Origin: an uncultured Clostridia bacterium | Lineage (GTDB): Bacteria; Bacillota; Clostridia; Christensenellales; UBA1242 | DNA: 53,959 nucleotides | Direction: 5' to 3' | Assembly: GCA_944349535.1 (NCBI GenBank) | Contig: CALVNA010000002.1 | Location: forward strand, 1 to 53,959 | Part shown: positions 27,907 to 38,100 of the stretch, one piece after another | Layout: the number at the start of each line of letters is the position of its first letter | How positions within the stretch are numbered: position 1 is the stretch's first letter | Notes under the pieces: generated by a model | What the model saw: only the letters and a program-made list of their open reading frames with translations | Databases searched by the model: none | Told to the model about the DNA's origin: nothing | Program-made: the position numbers and the translations under genes

Positions 27907-28364
27907 TGCTGACGATAAATCTTGTTTGTGTGGGAAATTTAAAAGAAAAGTTTTGGAAAGATGCTCAAGAAGAATATAAAAAAAGATTGTCCAGATTTTG
28001 CACGCTAAATATAATTGAACTTAAAGAAGAAAACGAACTTGGACAAATTGACAAAATTCTTGAAATTGAAGGTCAATCGATTTTGAAGACTGTTCGAGGC
28101 AAAACATATCTGCTTGCCATTGAAGGAAAAGAATTTTCAAGCGAGCAACTTGCAAAAGAGATCGAAAGCTCTTCTTTGCAAAACAGTCAGCTTAGTTTTG
28201 TTATTGGCTCATCTTATGGTGTCAGCAAACAAGTCAAACAAAAAATGCCCAACCAAATTTCTTTTGGCAGGGCGACTTTTCCGCACAATATGGCAAGAAT
28301 TATGCTGCTGGAGCAAATTTATCGCAGCTTTATGATAAACAGCGGCGCAAAATATCATAAATGA
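27906..28364 (+). CDS. rlmH: 23S rRNA (pseudouridine1915-N3)-methyltransferase RlmH
   Basis: MLTINLVCVGNLKEKF start, and FVIGSSYG..FGRATFPH (SPOUT fold). The start overlaps the upstream stop by 1 nt. Confidence 0.9.
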   Translation: MLTINLVCVGNLKEKFWKDAQEEYKKRLSRFCTLNIIELKEENELGQIDKILEIEGQSILKTVRGKTYLLAIEGKEFSSEQLAKEIESSSLQNSQLSFVIGSSYGVSKQVKQKMPNQISFGRATFPHNMARIMLLEQIYRSFMINSGAKYHK

Positions 28365-28440
28365 TTGAAAAACAAAATTGAAAACATACAACTTAAAAAC
28401 ACAACAAAGATTGCAAAAAGTGAAAGATGTCTAAGCATTT

Positions 28441-28854
28441 TTATCTCCTATAGTGCCGATTGAAATCTTGCTGAGGATCTTCTATTTCTTCATATTCATC
28501 ATCTTGCTGGTCAGAATAACGCTGATTTTCGCTATAATCTTGCTGCTCAGTTTGCGATTGTGGCTTGACTTGTTCAGAACTTGCTTCAACATTCAGTTTT
28601 TCTTGCATTTTTGCCATATTTTTTTGCACATCTTTTTTGTTTCGTCTTGAAAAAACCGCAATTAAACCTTTGCCTTTGATAAGTTTGAAGACTAGCACAA
28701 AACAGGAAAAGCCGAATAGAATATAAAAAACTCGCGATAATATGCTTGCTTGAAAACCGAAAATTCCGGCGATAAAATCATATTGAAACAGTCCAATCAT
28801 CAGCCAATTTATTGAACCGACTGTAGATAAAATGAATGCAAGAATGGTGAACAT
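28441..28854 (-). CDS. DUF378 family membrane protein with a long acidic/Q-rich C-terminal tail
   Basis: VGSINWLMIGLFQYDFIAGIFG matches the DUF378 pattern. GGAG lies 7 nt before the ATG at 28854. Confidence 0.7.
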   Translation of the reverse strand: MFTILAFILSTVGSINWLMIGLFQYDFIAGIFGFQASILSRVFYILFGFSCFVLVFKLIKGKGLIAVFSRRNKKDVQKNMAKMQEKLNVEASSEQVKPQSQTEQQDYSENQRYSDQQDDEYEEIEDPQQDFNRHYRR

Positions 28855-28922
28855 TTTTTTCTCCTTTGCATATATTATCTGCAAGCGTTATAAAAAAATT
28901 CAAAAATAAAAATTAAAATAAG

Positions 28923-28950
28923 TTGACTATTTTTTTGATTTGAGTATAAT
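28923..28950 (+). promoter_or_regulatory. greA promoter
   Basis: TTGACT, a 16-nt spacer, then TATAAT. Confidence 0.5.
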
Positions 28951-28986
28951 AATCTTCACACGCTTTGAAACTAAAAGGAGATGGAC

Positions 28987-29454
28987 ATGGAAAAACACTA
29001 CTTAACACCAGAAGGGAAAAAAGAACTTGAAGAAAAACTTCAATACTATAAAACTGAAAAAAGAAAACAAGTTACAGAGCAAATTGTCAGAGCAAGAGAG
29101 TTTGGCGATCTGTCTGAAAACAGTGAATATGATGCAGCAAAAGAAATGCAAGCTCAAATTGAAGCTGAAATCGCAGAGATGGAAGATATTCTTCTGTCAT
29201 GCCATATCATAAGCAAAAAAGATGTCAAAAGTGATGAAATTTCTGTGGGCTCAACAGTCAAGCTTTATGATGAAGAGTTTGATGAAGAGCTTGAATATAA
29301 AATTTTGGGAACGACAGAAAGCAATCCTGCAAAAGGAGTGATCAGCAATCATTCACCTGTGGGCAGTGCGCTTATTGGGCACAAGAAAGGTGATGTGATT
29401 TCTGTAAAACTTCCAACAGGAACAGTAAAATACAAAATTCTTGAAATAAAGTGA
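28987..29454 (+). CDS. greA: Transcription elongation factor GreA
   Basis: LTPEGKKELEEKL..REFGDLSENSEYDAAKE and a C-terminal FKBP-like domain. The AAGGAG spacing favours the ATG at 28987 over 28981. Confidence 0.9.
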   Translation: MEKHYLTPEGKKELEEKLQYYKTEKRKQVTEQIVRAREFGDLSENSEYDAAKEMQAQIEAEIAEMEDILLSCHIISKKDVKSDEISVGSTVKLYDEEFDEELEYKILGTTESNPAKGVISNHSPVGSALIGHKKGDVISVKLPTGTVKYKILEIK

Positions 29455-29526
29455 TTTTATTGCACATTTTTATTTGCATAAATGGGCTGTTTATTGTATA
29501 ATATCTGAAAGAATTGGTGCAAAAAA

Positions 29527-30453
29527 ATGATGTTTAAAAATTCAACAAAACTTTTGCTTGCAAATTTTGACAAGGTGTGGAAGTTGCTTGTTTACCACAT
29601 CTTGTGTTTTGCTTTTTGCTTTGGCCTTTTGGCAATCTTTTACAACTTTTTTGTTGAAAGCATCACTCAAGCTTGGCAAGAAGCAAACTTGTCAGGGGTG
29701 TTTGTTTCTGGCACATTTTATGGTTACAGCGTTTCAGGTGTTCTGCACGGGCTTGTCAATGCGGCAATAGGTTTCTTTGCGACCATTTTTGCTGAAAATG
29801 TTGGCATTGGCATCTATTTCTGTTTGATTGTTTTCTTTCTTCTGCCATTTTTGATGAACATAGGCAAATATGTGGTTGACGAAATGCTTTACGGCTTTAT
29901 GTCTTCAGCACAAAAACAATCTTTTACGGGCACATTTTTAAGAACTCTTGGAAAATCAACACAATTTGCAGCCATCAAAACTCTTTATGCCATTCCTTTT
30001 AATGCCTTGATTTTCCTTTCATTGTATGGTTTGTCAAGAATTCAAAATGAAGTTTTCGATTATATTCTTCCACTTGCAATCGCTTTGATCCCAGCATTGC
30101 TGCTTGCATTCAAACAAACCTTTAATGCTGGATGGGCTCCAGCAATGGTCGTTTTTGATGTCAATGTGGCAAAAGCATATGCAATCGGCAATCGAGCCAT
30201 GTTGCGTCGAGGGGCAAGAGTGTTTTCAACAGCATTTGTGATTTGTTTGCTCGCCATTGTTCTTTCACTGATTCTTGGTCTTTACGCGCTCATCATCATT
30301 CTTCCTATAGTTTTGCCATTTAGCGACATTTTTGAAATGACAGCCTTCTTCTCAAGCCAAGGCATGAGATTTTATGCTGACTATGACACAATTTTGACAC
30401 CAAAAAAACTTGAAGAAGTTGACAAAATCGAAAACGCCAAATTTATTTTATAA
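29527..30453 (+). CDS. Hypothetical polytopic membrane protein
   Basis: Several hydrophobic helices. No family recognised. Confidence 0.6.
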   Translation: MMFKNSTKLLLANFDKVWKLLVYHILCFAFCFGLLAIFYNFFVESITQAWQEANLSGVFVSGTFYGYSVSGVLHGLVNAAIGFFATIFAENVGIGIYFCLIVFFLLPFLMNIGKYVVDEMLYGFMSSAQKQSFTGTFLRTLGKSTQFAAIKTLYAIPFNALIFLSLYGLSRIQNEVFDYILPLAIALIPALLLAFKQTFNAGWAPAMVVFDVNVAKAYAIGNRAMLRRGARVFSTAFVICLLAIVLSLILGLYALIIILPIVLPFSDIFEMTAFFSSQGMRFYADYDTILTPKKLEEVDKIENAKFIL

Positions 30454-30545
30454 TCAACAAAAGTTAATGAAATTTTTATCATAAAAATTGTTCAAAAATC
30501 GTTTGAACAGTTTCTTTGACAATTTAAATTAAAAGGAGAAAAAAA

Positions 30546-32204
30546 TTGAACAACAACAAACTTAAAATCACTTTCTTGGGCGGTGTTGGAGAAATTGGAA
30601 AAAACATGACCGCTTTTGAATACAATGATGAAATTGTCATAGTTGATGCTGGAATGACTTTCCCAGATGATGATCTGCCAGGCATTGATGTCGTTATTCC
30701 AGATATCACTTACTTGCTTGCCAACAAAGAAAAAGTCAAAGCAATTTTGCTCACTCATGGCCATGAAGATCACATTGGTGCAATGCCTTTTGTGCTTAAG
30801 CATCTTAATGTGCCAGTTTATGGCTCAAGATTGACTCTTGCTTTGGTTGAAAACAAACTCAAAGAATACAAAGACATAAAAATGAAAGCAGTCGCAGTAA
30901 AACCTAAAAATGTGCTTAAAATAGGTTCTTTTGTGGTGGAATTTATCAAAGTCAGTCACTCAATTGCAGGCTCACTTGCAATGAGCATAACAACTCCTGT
31001 GGGCACTGTTATTCACACAGGCGATTTCAAGATCGACTATGAGCCTATTGACGGAGCAATGACCGATTTGCCAAGATTTGCTGAAATCGGCAAAAAAGGC
31101 GTAAGTCTGCTTCTGTGTGAAAGCACCAATGTTTGCCGAAAAGGTTATTCAATGAGTGAAAGAGCAGTTGGCAGAGCTCTTGAAGAAATCATAAAAGAAC
31201 ATGCTGATCAAAGAATTATTGTTGCAACATTTGCATCAAACATTCACAGAATGCAACAAATCTTAGATTTGGCAGAAAAATATAAAAGAAAGGTTGCCTT
31301 CACAGGTCGCAGTATGGTCAATGTCAGCGAAACAGCTTTAAAGCTTGGAGAACTCACATTTAACCGAGAAAATTTTGTTGACATTTCAAAAGTTGAAAAG
31401 ATGGACGACAAGGAAGTTCTTATCATGACCACTGGCAGTCAAGGCGAACCAATGAGCGCGCTTACTCGTATGGCTGCTGGCGAATTTAAGACTTTTAAAA
31501 TCAAACCAAACGATCTTGTTATTCTTTCAGCTTCACCAATTCCTGGAAACGAAAAAAATGTGTATAATGTCATCAATGCTCTTTACAAACTTGGTGCCGA
31601 TGTGATTTATGATGATCTTGCCGATGTTCATGCTTCAGGACACGCTTGCCAAGAAGAAATCAAGCTTATTCACAGCCTTGTCAAACCAAAACATTTTATT
31701 CCAATCCATGGTGAATACAGGCACCTGAAAACTCATAAAGAGCTTGCAATGGCTCTTGGTCAGGAAGAGCGAAACATCATTCTTCCAAGCATTGGTATGC
31801 AAATTGAACTCGGACCAAATTCAATGAAACAATCTGGTTTTGTTACGGCAGGTCAGCGTCTTGTTGACGGCTTTGGCATAGGAGACATGGACAGCAATGT
31901 TTTGAGAGAACGTAAACAGCTTTCTGAAGAAGGGTTGTGCGTTGTATGTGTCAACATTAATAATGTTGCAGGAGAAATAACTTCAGAGCCGTTTATCATC
32001 ACTCGTGGCGTTGTTTATGCAGACGAGCAGGAAAGTTTTGTTCAAGATGCAAAAGCTTGCATCATCGCATCACTCAAAGAAGCCGACTTGAGAGGGGTTG
32101 AGCCTTCTGTTATCAGACAATCGCTTCGCCGAAATATTTCCAACTTTATTTTCAAACGAACAAAACGTCGCCCAATGATACTGGCGATTGTAACTTTGGA
32201 CTAA
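30546..32204 (+). CDS. rnj: Ribonuclease J
   Basis: LTHGHEDHIG metallo-beta-lactamase motif, beta-CASP region, 552 aa. AAGGAGA precedes the TTG start. Confidence 0.9.
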   Translation: MNNNKLKITFLGGVGEIGKNMTAFEYNDEIVIVDAGMTFPDDDLPGIDVVIPDITYLLANKEKVKAILLTHGHEDHIGAMPFVLKHLNVPVYGSRLTLALVENKLKEYKDIKMKAVAVKPKNVLKIGSFVVEFIKVSHSIAGSLAMSITTPVGTVIHTGDFKIDYEPIDGAMTDLPRFAEIGKKGVSLLLCESTNVCRKGYSMSERAVGRALEEIIKEHADQRIIVATFASNIHRMQQILDLAEKYKRKVAFTGRSMVNVSETALKLGELTFNRENFVDISKVEKMDDKEVLIMTTGSQGEPMSALTRMAAGEFKTFKIKPNDLVILSASPIPGNEKNVYNVINALYKLGADVIYDDLADVHASGHACQEEIKLIHSLVKPKHFIPIHGEYRHLKTHKELAMALGQEERNIILPSIGMQIELGPNSMKQSGFVTAGQRLVDGFGIGDMDSNVLRERKQLSEEGLCVVCVNINNVAGEITSEPFIITRGVVYADEQESFVQDAKACIIASLKEADLRGVEPSVIRQSLRRNISNFIFKRTKRRPMILAIVTLD

Positions 32205-32207
32205 GAT

Positions 32208-32798
32208 ATGTTTGAAGAAATCGAAAAATATGCACAGGAAAATTTTATTCCGATCATAAGGCCGCTATCAAGGCAACTTTTGTGTGAGCAAGTAAAGAAT
32301 TTAAACCCAAAAAAAATTCTGGAAATAGGCACTGCAATAGGCTTTTCAGGACTTTTGCTTCTTAAAAGTTCAAAGGCCTTTTTGACAACGATAGAAAAAG
32401 ATCAACACCGAGCAGAAATAGCAAAAAACAATTTCAAAAAGTATGGCGTTGAAGACAGAGTCAAACTGATTTGTGATGATGCCATGAATGTGCTGAAAAG
32501 TTTTGCAAACAACAATGAAAAATTTGATTTTGTGTTTTTGGACGGACCGAAAGGGCAGTATTATCGCTATTTGCCAATGCTTGCCAAGATTTTAAATAAA
32601 GATGGTGTTGTTTTTGCTGATGATGTGTTTTTGCATGGACTTGTAAAGTCAAATTTGCCTATTCCGCACAAAAGTCGAAGCATGGTGAACAATATGCGAA
32701 AGTATTTGTTGCTTCTTGAAAAATCAAACTGCTTTGACAGCAAGGTTTTGGATGTTGAAGATGGAATAGCCATATCTAGAAAAATTGATGAGCTTTAA
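32208..32798 (+). CDS. Class I SAM-dependent O-methyltransferase (family 3, YrrM/TrmR-like)
   Basis: ILEIGTAIGFS SAM motif, FDFVFLDGPKGQY, and ADDV. Confidence 0.8.
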   Translation: MFEEIEKYAQENFIPIIRPLSRQLLCEQVKNLNPKKILEIGTAIGFSGLLLLKSSKAFLTTIEKDQHRAEIAKNNFKKYGVEDRVKLICDDAMNVLKSFANNNEKFDFVFLDGPKGQYYRYLPMLAKILNKDGVVFADDVFLHGLVKSNLPIPHKSRSMVNNMRKYLLLLEKSNCFDSKVLDVEDGIAISRKIDEL

Positions 32799-32811
32799 AG
32801 CTCATTTTTTA
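32788..32811 (+). terminator. Rho-independent terminator
   Basis: Palindrome ATGAGCTTTAAAGCTCAT followed by TTTTTT. Confidence 0.6.
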
Positions 32812-32842
32812 TGTGCTAAAATCAATAATATCTTATTTTAAG

Positions 32843-32871
32843 TTGTATTTTTTGTTATAATTTGTTACAAT
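32843..32871 (+). promoter_or_regulatory. Promoter whose -10 box ends 6 nt before the ATG at 32878; leaderless candidate
   Basis: TTGTAT, a 17-nt spacer, TACAAT, then AAAGGC and ATG. Confidence 0.45.
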
Positions 32872-32877
32872 AAAGGC

Positions 32878-33462
32878 ATGGATTTTGAAGTCGAATTTAT
32901 CAAATTTTTGCAGTCCGGGCTTTCAAATGCTTGGATTTCAGTTTTTCAGGTCTTAACACTGCTGGGTAGTTGGCTAGGACTGCTTATAAGTTTTATCATA
33001 ATTTTCAGAAAGAAAAAAATTATGGCTGGGCTTATGGTTATTGCTTTTATTCTTGCAATAGTCATCAATTTTGCTATCAAAAATATTGTCTGCCGACCAC
33101 GACCTTTTGAAAGCTATGATTTTATCATAAATTATGGGGGTGAAGACGGCTTCAGTATGCCTTCTGGGCACAGTTGTGCAGCTGGTGCAATGGCAGTGTT
33201 TTTGATTGCGTATTTGTTTCAATCAAAATCCAAAAAAAGTGCAAAAGCTCTTGGCTGTATCGCAATAATTTTGGTTGCTCTGCTGGTAGGATTTTCAAGG
33301 ATTGTGCTAGGCGTTCACTATTTGACAGATGTTTTGATAGGTTTGCTTGAAGGGGCGATCATTGCTTCGATTTTGCTTTTGATTTATAATTTTTACATAT
33401 ACAAATTGCAAAAACAACTTGAAATTTTAAGGCGATTTTACATGGGAGATGATGATGAATAA
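32878..33462 (+). CDS. PAP2 superfamily phosphatase (undecaprenyl-diphosphatase-like)
   Basis: KNIVCRPRP, PSGHS and SRIVLGVHYLTDV, the three PAP2 motifs. Confidence 0.82.
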   Translation: MDFEVEFIKFLQSGLSNAWISVFQVLTLLGSWLGLLISFIIIFRKKKIMAGLMVIAFILAIVINFAIKNIVCRPRPFESYDFIINYGGEDGFSMPSGHSCAAGAMAVFLIAYLFQSKSKKSAKALGCIAIILVALLVGFSRIVLGVHYLTDVLIGLLEGAIIASILLLIYNFYIYKLQKQLEILRRFYMGDDDE

Positions 33463-33892
33463 ATTGTTGATAAAGACAAATTCAGCGGCTCAGACAATAG
33501 AGTTTGCACAAAAGCTTGCATCGTTTTTGAGCAAAGGGGCTGTTTTGCTTTTACATGGCGATTTGGGGGCAGGAAAAACTCATTTCGTCAAAGGTCTTGC
33601 CAAAGGGATTGGCTCAAAAATGAATGTTACCAGTCCAACTTTCACTCTTTTAAATGTTTATGATGATGGCAAAATGCCGCTTTATCACTTTGATATGTAT
33701 AGGCTTGGTGGCAAAGATGAAGCTCTTGAAATGGGTTTTGACGAATATTTTGATGTTGATTCGCTTGACGGCATAGTTGTTGTTGAATGGCCTGAACAAG
33801 TTGAAGGATTGATCACTTGTCCGCATATCAATGTGGAAATCAAAAAAATTGACGACAACAGCCGTGAAATAATTTTAGGGGGCGGGAAATGA
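33449..33892 (+). CDS. tsaE: tRNA threonylcarbamoyladenosine biosynthesis ATPase TsaE
   Basis: LLHGDLGAGKTHFVKGL, SPTFTL and HFDMYRL motifs. Confidence 0.87.
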   Translation: MMMNKLLIKTNSAAQTIEFAQKLASFLSKGAVLLLHGDLGAGKTHFVKGLAKGIGSKMNVTSPTFTLLNVYDDGKMPLYHFDMYRLGGKDEALEMGFDEYFDVDSLDGIVVVEWPEQVEGLITCPHINVEIKKIDDNSREIILGGGK

Positions 33893-34527
33893 TTGCAATT
33901 TGTTCTGCGTTTAAAACGGCTCTTGTGGCGATTGATATCAATGGTAAAAAAGATTTTTGCCAAATTGATGCAAATTGCGGTCATAGTGAAAAGCTTTTGC
34001 CAGCTATTGACGGTCTTTTAACAAAAAATATATTATCGCTTGTTGACAATGACAGTTTTGCTGTTGTCATCGGCCCAGGCTCTTTTACTGGGCTTCGAAT
34101 TGCTTTGGCACTTATAAAAGGTCTGTGTGCTGGGCAAAATAAAGACGTTTATCCAATAACTTCTTTTGAATTTATGGCATATACATATATCAAGCATTTT
34201 AAGCCTCAAAAAGATTTCGTCTGTTTGATAAATGCCTTAAGCGGACAAGTTTTTGCCTGTCGCTTTTCAAAAGAAGGCAAACAAATAGGGCAGGAAAAAC
34301 TGCTGAAAACCCATGAACTTGGGCAAGAGCTATATGTTGGACTTGAGGACGAAGATCTTGCAATGAACAAAGTGAAACTTTCGGCAGAAGAACTTCTTGA
34401 GCTTGCTCAAATCAAAAAAGCAGCTCAAAAGCCGCTGGCTGCTGAAAATCTTGCTCCATTATATCTGCGAAAAAGTCAAGCAGAAGACGATCTTGAAAAG
34501 CGAGAAAAAAAGTTGCTGAAAAGTTGA
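33889..34527 (+). CDS. tsaB: tRNA threonylcarbamoyladenosine biosynthesis protein TsaB
   Basis: GPGSFTGLRIALALIKGL motif. ATGA overlap with tsaE. Confidence 0.85.
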   Translation: MIAICSAFKTALVAIDINGKKDFCQIDANCGHSEKLLPAIDGLLTKNILSLVDNDSFAVVIGPGSFTGLRIALALIKGLCAGQNKDVYPITSFEFMAYTYIKHFKPQKDFVCLINALSGQVFACRFSKEGKQIGQEKLLKTHELGQELYVGLEDEDLAMNKVKLSAEELLELAQIKKAAQKPLAAENLAPLYLRKSQAEDDLEKREKKLLKS

Positions 34528-34600
34528 AAAACTTTGCAAATTTAATAGACTTTTTATGATTATATTAGTATAATGTTGGAGAATAAGAAAGGAGAAAATC

Positions 34601-35104
34601 ATGAAAAAACCTGTATATATCAGATGCCCTCGATGTGAACTTAATTACATTCAAAAAAAGGACAAATTTTGTCCTGTTTGCAAGGCAGAGATGGAAGCAA
34701 AAAGAGATTATATCGATGATGTTGATCTAGAGCTTTGCCCAATATGCAAAACAAACTATATTCAACCAGACGAAATTATGTGTGCAAGCTGCTTGAAAGA
34801 ACATCAAAGCGAAGATGGCGAAATTTCAACTGACTGGGAAGACTATATGGTTCGTGATGATGAAGAAGACATTATGTCTGCAGAAGACGAAACAGGTGAG
34901 ATGGCTTCTGTTACTGACATTACAAAATCATCACTGCTTGACGATGATGACATTTCGCCAGACATAAATTTTGATGATGATGATATTTCATTTGATGAAG
35001 ATTTTGATGATGATGACGACTCAGACGATGACGATGACCTTGATGATGACGATGACTTTGATGAAGATTTTGATGATGATGACCTTGATGACGACGATGA
35101 GTAA
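34601..35104 (+). CDS. Double zinc-ribbon protein with an extremely acidic poly-Asp C-terminal tail
   Basis: Two copies of CPxC-x2-NYIQ-x6/7-C-x2-C (RCPRCELNYIQKKDKFCPVC and LCPICKTNYIQPDEIMCASC). About 70 C-terminal residues are dominated by D. AGGAGA precedes the ATG. Confidence 0.65.
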   Translation: MKKPVYIRCPRCELNYIQKKDKFCPVCKAEMEAKRDYIDDVDLELCPICKTNYIQPDEIMCASCLKEHQSEDGEISTDWEDYMVRDDEEDIMSAEDETGEMASVTDITKSSLLDDDDISPDINFDDDDISFDEDFDDDDDSDDDDDLDDDDDFDEDFDDDDLDDDDE

Positions 35105-35124
35105 TTATAAAATTTAAAACAAAA

Positions 35125-35150
35125 AAAAGACTTCAAATTTGAAGTCTTTT
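35125..35150. terminator. Bidirectional rho-independent terminator
   Basis: Perfect palindrome AAAAGACTTCAAATTTGAAGTCTTTT between convergent genes. Confidence 0.7.
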
Positions 35151-35153
35151 TTA

Positions 35154-38100
35154 TTATTTATCATCTTGATCAGCTTTTTTTTGTTCTTTTTGCTTTTCGA
35201 TATTTGCTTTACGCTCTTGCTTTAAACGATATTCTTCTTCCTGCATCACATCTTTTTCAATTTCAATCAAATGATCAGGGGAAGAAACTGCAGCAATTTG
35301 TTCATCTATGATTGCAAGTTTTTCTTCAATCTTGTTTATAGATGCTGCATAAGACTTAAATTCTTTTTCAATTTCTTTTGTGATTTTGCCTTTGTTTGCC
35401 ACTCTTGCTTCTTGAACAAAGAATTTATGTTGTTCTTCAAGCGTTGTTTTTTCATTTTGCAATGATTTTTTGTTTTCAAACAGTTCGCTCAGTTGTTGAT
35501 CTCTGCGGCGTTTTGCTTCGTTTGCAACAAGCTCTAAATCAATAGAAAGCTTTCTGTCATAGCCTGATTTTTCAAGTATTGGTTTTCTTTTGATTTTGAT
35601 TTTCTTAAGAAGCACAGCAACAAGTGCCACAATGATTGCAAGAGTCATGATGATTGAACCAATCAAAAGCCACGGATCAGCTGAATTTGTTGGCTCTGTC
35701 GTATCATCAGCATCTGGAGTTTCTTCTTCACCTGCATCCTCATTACTGTCAGAGGAAATATAGTTGCTTTGGAAGACTTTTTCTTGGTAGTCAGGAGCTA
35801 TTGTTGCACTGTTAAATTCTATCTGTGAAGACTCTGTAATATCAATGTTTGTAAGAATTGCAGTGCCAAGAGTTTGCATACTGTCAGATGTCAATGAGAA
35901 TACAATTTCCGCTGTTGCAGCTGATGAGCTGTTCAGATAAACTGTGAAAGTCTCAAGTGTGTCTGAAGTCAAATTACTGATCACTTCAAAGCCATCAATG
36001 CTGATTGAAACGCCATAATCATGCTCATCTTCAAGTTCATCTTTGTCTGGCAGCAAAGTTTGAAGGTCAAAGGTCAGTTTATAATAAGTTGAGCTTGAAA
36101 GGGTGATAGGAAAGACTGAACGCAAAGTTGCGGTGCTTGGTCTTCTTGTTGTGATCACCAAAAGGTTTTTGTCATTTTCTACTGCGTAAACATTGTTTTG
36201 TCCATTTACCATGGCTCCAACTGCATATTGACTGTCAGCAAGATTACCACCGTCGAGAGCTTCGTCAACGGAAAATTCGTATGCTGTTGTGGTTGATGAA
36301 GTGTTGGCATCTCCAGTCAGCTTATCGCTTTCAAAAGAAAGGAAATAGTCAGAAACGTCGTTCTTGTTTGGAACTGCTTGATATTCTGAGCTTGAGCTTG
36401 CGCTTAAAAGCACGTTGTCGATATATACAGTGCCAACTTTCTCATCATCTTGCGTTCCAAACGAAATCTTGACTGTAACAGTGCTGCTTACAGTTTCTGC
36501 TGTATGGAAGACAACTTCAAATTTGCTCCAATGGTCAGCGCTTTCAATTCCGTCTTGCTCAAACAAAACTATGCCATTTTCATCAACGATTTCCACTGAA
36601 ATGCTTGCCAAGTTGGAAGCTGTTTTTGATTGTGTGTAAAAGTCAAATGAAATTTTTTGATAAGAATTTGCATCAAGTGTCAGTGTTGGAGAAGTCAAAG
36701 ATTGGTATGAGTATGAGCTGTTGTGCATCATATAAACATTGTTTGTTTGGGCTGAAGATGAAGGATTTCCTGGGAAGAAAGTTGCCCAATCATATTCAGA
36801 ATACATTTGCGCAAACATTGTTTGATTGTAAAGGTAGATTACGCCTGCAGTGTTATATTTTTCATCTTCGATTTCACTGGTATAGTTTGTTGCTGCCACA
36901 GGATAACCTGTTTGTGCCGCTTGGGTTGAATTGAAATAGGAATTGTTTTCGTTTTCAGTGGTGAAAGAAGAAAGTTCATACTTATTTGTAGCGTTGTTGT
37001 ATTCTTCATAACTTGCAGTTGAAATCTTGATGTTGTCAACAACAACACATCCTTTGGCTGCAGTGCTTGAACTTCCTAATGAAAGCACAACATTGAAAGA
37101 AGATTTATAAAGTGAATGGCCCTTGACGTAAAGCTCAACAGTTTGATAATTGTTTGTGAAATTGTTTGTCGTGTTGCTTGTTATGCCAGAAGTTTGACCG
37201 CTTTGCAAACTGTAACCGCTTTTTTCAAGGCTAGGGTAGTAAGAATATATGCCTTGAGTGCCATCATCAGTTTTGCCAACTTCGTCAATGCCTAAAGTGA
37301 AGCTTCCGCTTTCAATTGAAGCAACTTTGACAGAAGCTGAAATTTTATAAATTTGGTGAGGATTGATGTCAATAACTTTTGATTGAACGCTCACATAACC
37401 AGAATTTGCATTTTTGTCTGTGAACAAAACCAAAGCTTGAGAGTTTTGTTTGCTATTTAAAATATCATAAGAAAGATCCATTCCAATATAGTCATAGCCA
37501 GTTTGTGTTTTAAAGTTTGTTGTTGGGTCTTGCAATCTCATCACACGTGCATGGCCGCTTTGAGACTCTTTCACATTCCAAGCAGGTGAAATGGTGTTTG
37601 AAGAAGTTATTTCATTTTCAAAATCAAAGTTGAAACTTTCATCAACAATGTTATCGTCAGCATCAAGCAGTGTTGTAACCAAAAATTTTGTTTCAGAGCT
37701 TGTTAAATCGCTGAAATTATCACTTGAATAACCAGCAATAATAGCCGAGCTGATAAAGGCATTTGCTGAATACTGAGTGAGCGAAACCTCGTCAAAGAAA
37801 ACAACTCCCGAGCTGTATTCTCCTGAATTTGTTCCAAGATAGAAGTCTAGGGTGACAGTTTGCTCTTCACTTCCAGTTGCAACATAGATTTCATAAGAGT
37901 GCCATTGCGTGTTGTTTAAATGTTCATATCCAATTTTAAGTGGAGAGCCATCTTCGTCAACCACGCCAGTCAAATAAGCAGAAGCAAACACAGAGCTGTC
38001 GCTATTTAAGGCAGTTTTTACTGCAAAAGAAAAGCTGTAGAAAGAATTTGGGCTCAACGTGATTTCTGAAGATCGAAAACCTTTGTTTGCAAGATTGTTG

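Noticed and set aside
30489-30509. The inverted repeat TGTTCAAA-aatcg-TTTGAACA upstream of rnj, considered as a specific operator
   Set aside because: It is an AT-rich 8-bp stem followed by a T-rich run, directly downstream of the preceding membrane-protein gene. A weak intrinsic terminator is the simpler explanation.
34843-35136. A 97-aa serine-rich ORF on the minus strand
   Set aside because: It is the antisense reading of the GAT/GAC-rich tract encoding the poly-Asp tail (ATC/GTC read in the shifted frame as TCA/TCG Ser codons). It has no RBS and runs through the bidirectional terminator.
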